Source: Eledone cirrhosa (taxonomy: Eukaryota). Taken from it: DNA of 64,000 nt. Under the pieces are notes generated by a model. It had not been told where the DNA came from. It saw nothing but the letters and a program-made list of their open reading frames with translations, and made no database searches. Each line of letters opens with the position of its first letter. The first letter of the stretch is position 1. A program made the position numbers and the translations under genes. Location of the stretch: positions 230,144,001 to 230,208,000 of the forward strand of contig OZ024742.1 in NCBI GenBank assembly GCA_964016885.1. The letters are read 5' to 3'. Below, piece by piece: positions 56,294-64,000 of the stretch.

Positions 56294-57386
56294 ACACCCC
56301 ACTTGCCGATTTTGTAATGGGTAACCGCTGCTTGCAAAGGTTAGACGTAAGATCTTCTTTTATATCTTTTTATCGCTTCCTCTATATTTTCTTCTTCCCC
56401 CCCCATCCCTCCCTAGTTCTTCCACCCCAGTTCTCTTTCTTTGTCGTTGTCTTTTTCTCGCCCACCCAAGGCAGCCCCTCGGTCATTTGTAGCCTCAGTA
56501 CCACCACCCCTTCCCCTATTCTATGATAGATTTGGCCGACTCCGCTTTTCATAGCAGATGTGTTAGACCCCGGATACTTGCCCTCTTATCCTACCGCTGC
56601 CCCTTTTCCGTGCTTTCTATATTTCTTAGTGGTATCTTTGCTTTAATTTCTCGTATATCTGTATTTTTTTGGAGGGGGGGGGGTGATTCTGAATTAATTT
56701 TCCGTATCAAATTTTACTTATACTTCGTACGAGCTTTTATGTAGCTTGCACTAGAACTTTTGTATTGTGGCGGCACCCGTAGAGATAGTAGTAGTATTCT
56801 TTTTCGGGACTCTGAATTATTATTTCGTATTAGTTTACTTTTTTGCACTGGGTGGTTGCAGGCCTTGTACCTGGGGTAGAAACCTTTATTTATTATTTAG
56901 TGGTAGTTTCTTTAATATCTTGGCCCCTCACTTGTTGACCCGTCACCGTAAGATATATTCGGTTTAATACTTATACCTCTTAAAAGGGTCCCAATATACT
57001 TCCGTTCCACCTAGTATACCTTTCTTTAGCCTAGCTGTACCAGTGAGAGACGTAGGTCGTAGTAACCAGAAATTGTTTATTTTTCTTTACATTTAATTGC
57101 TTTTTAACAATCTCGGTATTTTTCTATATACTTACCCCATATTGTTCTACTTATCGTTTCGACTTCCTCCCCCTCCCCCTCCCTAGTATCTTCTTTGACC
57201 TCATGCCCAGCTGTAGTCGGCACTATCAACGCATGAATGGGTCTCCTCCACCCCCTCTCCCTCTTTCTCCTAATGGCAGGTTCAGCTAGCCCTTCCCTCC
57301 ACAAATTGCCATCATTGAATTATTATGTCTCAACAACAAACTTTTGACCAATCCTTGTGACAATCAATTATACCATATATGGAATT

Positions 57387-57482
57387 ACCCCTTGAGAAGC
57401 TCGGCTATTCAAATACCATGATAAAAATGTTCATTTAGTCCAGAATTAGCCGTCGAAACGGCTTGAGCTCAGCCGTCGGGGT
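57387..57482 (+). ncRNA. Extended type I hammerhead with U3-A8 core (copies at 53857-53952 +, 52699-52794 -; variant copies at 10436-10531 +, 7896-7991 -)
   Basis: acccc TTGAGAA gctcggctattc..gaattagccgtc GAAA cggct-tgagctc-agccg TC ggggt. Confidence 0.78.
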
Positions 57483-57578
57483 CCTACTCGTTCCTATTAC
57501 CCACTCTACTACCCTAAGTATTGAGTACTTTGGTGCGTTATGGTCCACCTGGTTCCTTACCACATTTCCTCCATTATA

Positions 57579-57610
<32 letters not shown>

Positions 57611-57630
57611 GCTTATATATATATATGCAT

Positions 57631-57664
<34 letters not shown>

Positions 57665-58148
57665 GCTCATACAGATAAATATATCCTTGCATATACACAT
57701 ATATATGTATACACACACATACATACGTGACGACACAGGCTAAATTACTGATATAGGTAAAAGGCATCTGTTATGAAATCGAAATTTGGATAAGAAAGAG
57801 CAAAACCTGCAGATGAGGGGAACTCCAGATCGAATACATTCATGTGCCCACCATATTAAGAGTGAAAAGCAAATTCGGCCGTAAATTCGCTCGGTATGTA
57901 AATGAGGCTAATCAGCCGATTTACACATTTGAGAATACTTGTATTATCAGTAGTTCTAGTGATGTAGCAGACAGGAGAATACACGACCTTGATAAGGAGC
58001 AAAATAACACAACGGAACAATATTGTCGATTGTCTTCTCTGAACTACCCTTGAGGCAAAAGGATAAAATTGTTCATCTACCACGTGTTGTTTTATAAGGC
58101 AGTTTACTTGAAAACAAACCGAATATTAATGTTATTTCACATTATTAT

Positions 58149-58332
58149 TGGATTGGCAGTATCGGTAGAAGGTCAGACGACATGCTTTGACGCATAGAGT
58201 TACGGCCCTTGCCATTCTGAGTTCAAATCCTGCCGAGGTTAACTTTGCCTTTCATCCTTACGGGTTCGATAAAATAAAGTACCAGTAATGCACTGGGTAA
58301 TTGTGGCCTTGTGCCAAAAGTAGAAACAATTA
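58149..58332 (+). mobile_element. SINE A
   Basis: tggattggcagtatcggtag..gagttcaaatcc..gtagaaacaatt. Confidence 0.9.
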
Positions 58333-58450
58333 TAATATTATTGTTATTCACTCACGAATAGATTTAGGTATCCACCATGTTAAAAGTGAAAACAAATTTT
58401 GTTTACACACAAATATATGTATATATATGTATATGTGTGTACCTGTGTAT

Positions 58451-58650
58451 CCCTGATTCAAGTGGGGGTAACCACAGTAAGTAAGGTACTCAATACATAG
58501 CAGAGTATACATATTTGATATAGAAATGGCTTCTACGGGACGACAACTGTTTCATTCGAAAGGAATCATCAAGAAAGCCCTTTCCTAATGATTCCCTTCG
58601 AACCAAACACTTCTAGTCATGTAGAAGCCATTTCTTTATTAAATATATAT
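58451..58650. mobile_element. Diverged second copy of the fold-back double-hammerhead unit
   Basis: ggtaaccacagtaagtaaggtactcaatacatagcagagtata is identical to 2342-2384; imperfect inverted arms about 58511-58577 / 58580-58646. Confidence 0.75.
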
Positions 58651-58679
58651 ATAGCTCTCTATATATATAACTCTATAAA

Positions 58680-60380
58680 AACTAAACTAACTTCTACAGT
58701 CTTTAAACTAATAGATAAGCATTTCCCTACACTACACAAATACCATAAAATCTTCAATAGAAAAACTATAAAACTTTCCTACTCTACTGCAGCCTACATA
58801 GAATCGCACATACGTAAAATCAACCACAAAAATATCTCTAAAGAAATTAACCTACCACCACGCACCATAGCACCAAATACAAAATGCAAACACTTAACAA
58901 CATCACAACCACAAACGCATCAGAACGCATCACAACAAAACATTAATAGGCCTAAATCACAACCCACCCACAACAATTTACAAAACCGCAACGATGAACA
59001 TGCATACAGTAAAACCTCAAATTGTAATTGCCACCTACCGGATAAGTGCCCACTACGGAATAGATGCCTGGATTCGAGTATGGTATACCTGTGTACTGTA
59101 AATTCAGGCAACTCTACTTGGCACTACATAGGTTCCACGGCTGGGGAGTTCAAGAAAAGGTGGTACGTCCACAGACACTCGATGAAGAACCGTGGACTGG
59201 AGAGCTCTACGGCGCTCACCAATAAAATCTGGCAGCTTAAGGAGAAAAACCTAGAATATGAGATTAGCTGGTCAAAATTATCGGTAGCAAGAGCCTATAG
59301 CAACGGAATGTCTCACTGCGGGCTTTGTAATTTAGAACTACTACATATTTTAAGGTACGATGGGATGCTGCTTAAGAGCAAAATAGGAAGATCAATTTTC
59401 TGTAGGCATAAAATAGCTACTAGATTCACAAACTTCAAAGCACCATGTTTTGAACCAGAAATCCTAAAATTAGAACGGAACCACCTAGATTTTAACATAT
59501 AGAATATACACCATCGCACTGCTATTAGCTGTCAAACGGCAAACTGGTCACTAGACCATAAATCTCGGAACATTTATTTCACCCTCTCTCCCTGAAACAG
59601 CATCAACCCCATTAAGATAGAACAATCAGTCAAACATTTACAACAAACGTTTATCAAACGTCCCGTCATCCCTAGCCCATAAATCTCATACATGTATCCA
59701 CCAATTAATCTCTAATTTATTGTTTTTTTCTTTTATCTGTCACTACATCGGGCCCTCTACACGTACCTATGTACATCTCCAATCTGGTTTCTTTTGTTGG
59801 CACTAAACCCACCAACTAATCCTTATAAGAACACTTACTCAAAACTGGTCCTAACATACTTACACGCTCTCACTTATTTATTTATTTATATTTTCCATTT
59901 TCTCATTTTCTTATTTTTTAATGTACCCTACCTTATCTTTTACTTTTTACTTTTTACATCTATAACTTCTCTACCTATTTACAATATATGTTTTATTATT
60001 GACGCTATTTTTCTATATATGCCTTGCCTCGAGTGAATTATTTTCATATCTACGTACTCTGATGTATTGACCAGAGGTAAATAATGTATTGGAGATCGAG
60101 TGACGCAACTTCAAGCGATTAGCGAACTCTAGACTCACTTGATCAACGAAACAATTGTCTTTACCTTAAATAAACCCCTTATTGTACAGCCAACCATGTT
60201 ACTCTTCATTCTTTAACTATTATTATTCCAAGTACAACATGCATAGAAATTACCACGAACTCGCTGCATAACTATGGAAGGATCTTGTGGAGTCAAACAA
60301 AGCCTTACGTTAAAACTATCCACGACGCAGAGTACTCACAACCTCTAACTGGATTACCTATAACGATAACTTTGATATAT
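58680..60380 (+). mobile_element. 3' part of another PLE (GIY-YIG domain, 3' UTR, degenerate hammerhead at 60055-60165)
   Basis: LIDKHFP..YHKIFNRKTIKLSYS, CNC..CP..C, MVYLCTV..HYIGST, CGLC, CRH; CTGATGT..GAAA caattg TC, then AATAAA. Confidence 0.85.
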
Positions 60381-61599
60381 ATGTATATCAAAGTTATATA
60401 GTTTCAACAGAGCCACATAGACTAATGGAAATGTCCTCTCAAACATTCTCCGAGCTTCACATTCGATATTTTGATAACGGTTGATATCCGAAATATATTG
60501 GGACTAATGAATATTTCCAATGTAGCATTAACTCTGACTAGCAGAAAAACCACCCGTTTTCTGTAGGCATGTGTAGTGTGCATATTGATATTATACGCAA
60601 GTATATATGCATGTAGATATGATACATCAAATAACATCGTAATTGACAATATACACAGAAATTGAACGAAGACTGCGTTACACTCTCTTATGCAATCAGT
60701 AACGTAATACATGATGCAGTAAAAAAAGACGATATTATATATAAACTGCATTAGGAGATAATTAGTGACGGAAATTTATGAATGTTTATTTAAGCGATCG
60801 TTAACCGGAAGCGTTGATATTTGAAAATGTTTAAAATGTGAATCTTTAAATAAACAATAAAATATATTTAATCAACCACTACGAAATTTAGTAGATAAAT
60901 TATGTAACATTCATTACTTATTGAAAGTAATCCAACTTATTTTACTAATGGGATAACAAATTATAAACCGTACGCAGTCCCGCACTACTTACTTTATTAT
61001 AGTTTAGATTCTTGTTTATTCTTCCGCTTCAATCTACTTCCTTTTCTCCAATCGGCCTCATCCGTTTCTTCACCCGATTTTGTTGGTGGCTCATATTTAT
61101 ACACACGTACCTGTTATGAACTAACGCAACGTGTACATATTTGTGTGTAAGTTATATAAATATATAGATATATAAACATGGTGGAAACCTATATATATAT
61201 TCGTGAGTGAATAATAATAATATTATAATACATACATATATATAAGTGTCTGTGTATATATATAAAGAGAGAATGAGAGAGTCTTGTGTGTATGTGTTTA
61301 TGTGTGAATATATACTTATATATAATGAATTATATAGCTGTTGCAAATGGATACACAACTGTACTTTGTGTAATTATCTGTGAAATATAATGTAAGTTAA
61401 TTGCAAGTCATAGCAAGTCTTAAGCTTAATAACAAAATAATTTCACTTTGTTTTAAAGCAAATCCAATTGAAAATTATATTTAATAAGTTTCCACAAACA
61501 TCACAACGACAAACGTCTATACGTAACTACCAACAGATAATTATATATATATATGCGTACAATCTAACATACATACGTAATTATATACGAACACATCTG

Positions 61600-61672
<73 letters not shown>

Positions 61673-63855
61673 ATAGAATGCCGTTAGCTTCTTGCTAAAA
61701 CAATCTCTATACGTCTCATTTATATATATATATATATATATATACCTACACATCCACTACATAATCATATACAACCTAACATAGACGTACATATTTTTAT
61801 AGCTACACATCCGTCCGTTTGCACTCTTAGATCTTCTTTGATATTGAAACATTTATCTTTGAAATATAACATGCTTGTCTTATTATAATTGCTGCTAAGT
61901 GCACAGTATTAGTATGAAACGTTCCATTTGGGAGCAAAGTTCAGATGGAATAACGTTAAAAGAGAAAAATATTTTCCAATTGTTTAATGTATAAAACTGT
62001 CATTGCAGCAGAATATTTTACGTGTAATTTCTATGAAAGTTTGCTATCAGCATCTTGAGGAGGAGAAGAACACCTATTTGAAGAAAGATCGATAGGCGAA
62101 TAAATTCTAAGGAGATTTAGAAACAATTGATATTTCAATGGAATGTGGAAGGAAGCATTACTCATAACAGCGATGGCCTAATTTTTAGTGTATTCCTATA
62201 TTTAACTGCGAGTAAGGTGGATTATGTGCATTAAATTTCTTTCAATATGTCGATGCAGACATGGCTATCTGGATAAGGAGTTCACTTTGCAAGTACATTG
62301 TTCATGGATCGATTCCCGCTTAGCGACAGTTTGTCCAAGTATCTTCTATTATATTCTTTAGTTTAACATTGTGATTGGAATTCAGTAAACCAACCTAAAT
62401 TGTATAGTACACCATCGTATGACTATATACGTGTGTGTGTGTTTGTGTGATTATTACCAAGATGTGTATCTCTGAAAGTTTAAAAAAAAAACATGAATGA
62501 TATCTGTTTCGTATAAGCTGCATAAGTACTTTTAATCTGGACACATTTATTAATAAAAAAGCGGTATGAAAAAATATATATATATTTAGAACACTAGTAA
62601 ATGTTTCTAAATTGTATTTCTCTCGGATACACATAAATAGTATTAGGTAGTTATTTGTAGCTACAAAAAATGCCCAATGGCGTAGGTAAACATTTACTAT
62701 ACCTTTCCAATAAATCACAATACAATCTACATTGCTAGAGACCACAAATGACATACATCCCACCAAACTACGCTACTATTTATGTACGTACGTATAAAAC
62801 TGAGATGTCGATGCAATTATAATGAAAAGGACTCGATGCCACTGAAAGTAAAGTTCATGTTTTCTGTGGTTTTCAATAACAAAAATTTGGTGTTGAAATC
62901 AATGCAAAAAATGTATATGATATTGGACTATAAGTTGAACTTGAGTGTTTGGATTTGGGTTAGATCCATAGAAAAACCACCTAACCTAGTAGTATCAAGT
63001 CATCCAAAGACAAATTCTAGCCTCTTATTCACAGACATGCTGACTAATCCACATGACCTTTCCACCACAAACACAATTGTCTCTGATCCGGATAACAAAA
63101 CAGATTCAATCCTAAATCCACAATGTTCTGCCAACTTATTCCTCTTTTCTGCTCTCATCTCACATGCTGTGTACTCCTCCTGAAACGCCGAAATAACTAC
63201 TACATCACCTTCTTCCTGCGCAGAAATCTGGGCCTCATGTATTCCAAACCTGTTCATATTTTTTCCAAACGTAGTAAACACTTTAAGCGGAACATTAACA
63301 TCATCAACCTCTCCGTTGTCGGAAAACTTTGGAATCGAAAGACATTGATACTTTCTCTAGTTTTAACAAAATAAAAACAGTTTTCATGAAAACAACATTT
63401 ATTTATCAGAAGATATTAGCTTTTTTCATTCAATACATAGTCTCAATTATAGAATTTCAGAAGTATAATTATTAAAAGACGTTCAAATTATTAAGCAAAT
63501 ATCTGACGAGACGTTGAGGGGCGTGTAAATTCTATAATGATATTAAAACTTGTACATTAAATTACCCAGTGGTATTCGTATGAATAATTAAGAATAAAAG
63601 TAAAATGTCTTCTGATATAGAAGTCATAATCATTGTATTGTTTGTAATATATACGATTATCAATTCTAAAAATATGATTGACCTCCGGGTTTCTCCAACT
63701 CCAAAATAACAGACACGGCTCAGACATCGGGAAGTGTTTGTGTTATGTGTTATATTTTCAATTTGATTAGTAGACGAGACAATACAACAGAAAGTCATGT
63801 TAGTAGACAACCTTCACTTTATTATCGACATCACCCTCTAGGATATATATATATA

Positions 63856-64000
<145 letters not shown>

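Larger units (their letters stand above)
52684..57577 (+). mobile_element. Full-length Penelope-like element (YRDD/WFNPP type, probably Nematis-like) with tandem pseudo-LTRs and an inverted 5' pseudo-LTR
   Basis: Direct repeats 53101-54042 and 56634-57572; 52684-53100 is the inverse of 53551-53967; both ends lie in (AT)n. Confidence 0.95.

Noticed and set aside
53101-57572. LTR retrotransposon or retrovirus suggested by 940-bp direct repeats
   Set aside because: No TG..CA ends, PBS, gag, protease or integrase; the RT plus GIY-YIG ORF shows these are PLE pseudo-LTRs

Overview
AT-rich animal genomic DNA, most likely cephalopod (octopus-like), inferred from the SINE families and the very high (AT)n/(GT)n/(CATA)n/(TAA)n microsatellite load. 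I see no convincing host gene. The window is a nest of mobile elements. It contains at least six Penelope-like elements (PLEs; RT plus GIY-YIG endonuclease) with direct and inverted pseudo-LTRs, two Tx1/L1-type LINEs, two R4/Dong-type RLE LINEs, about ten copies of a tRNA-derived SINE, Helitron relics and a hATm-like transposase relic. The most notable signal is a set of about 15 hammerhead-ribozyme (HHR) motifs in PLE pseudo-LTRs. Several have family-wide non-canonical cores: a compensatory U3-A8 pair in two different PLE families, and A at position 4 in another. Many sit at fold-back (inverted-repeat) junctions. Insertions appear partitioned by microsatellite class: PLEs in (AT)n, Tx1 and one R4 in (TAA)n, and another R4 plus a non-autonomous element in (CATA)n. 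All calls are by eye; no searches or folding programs were run.
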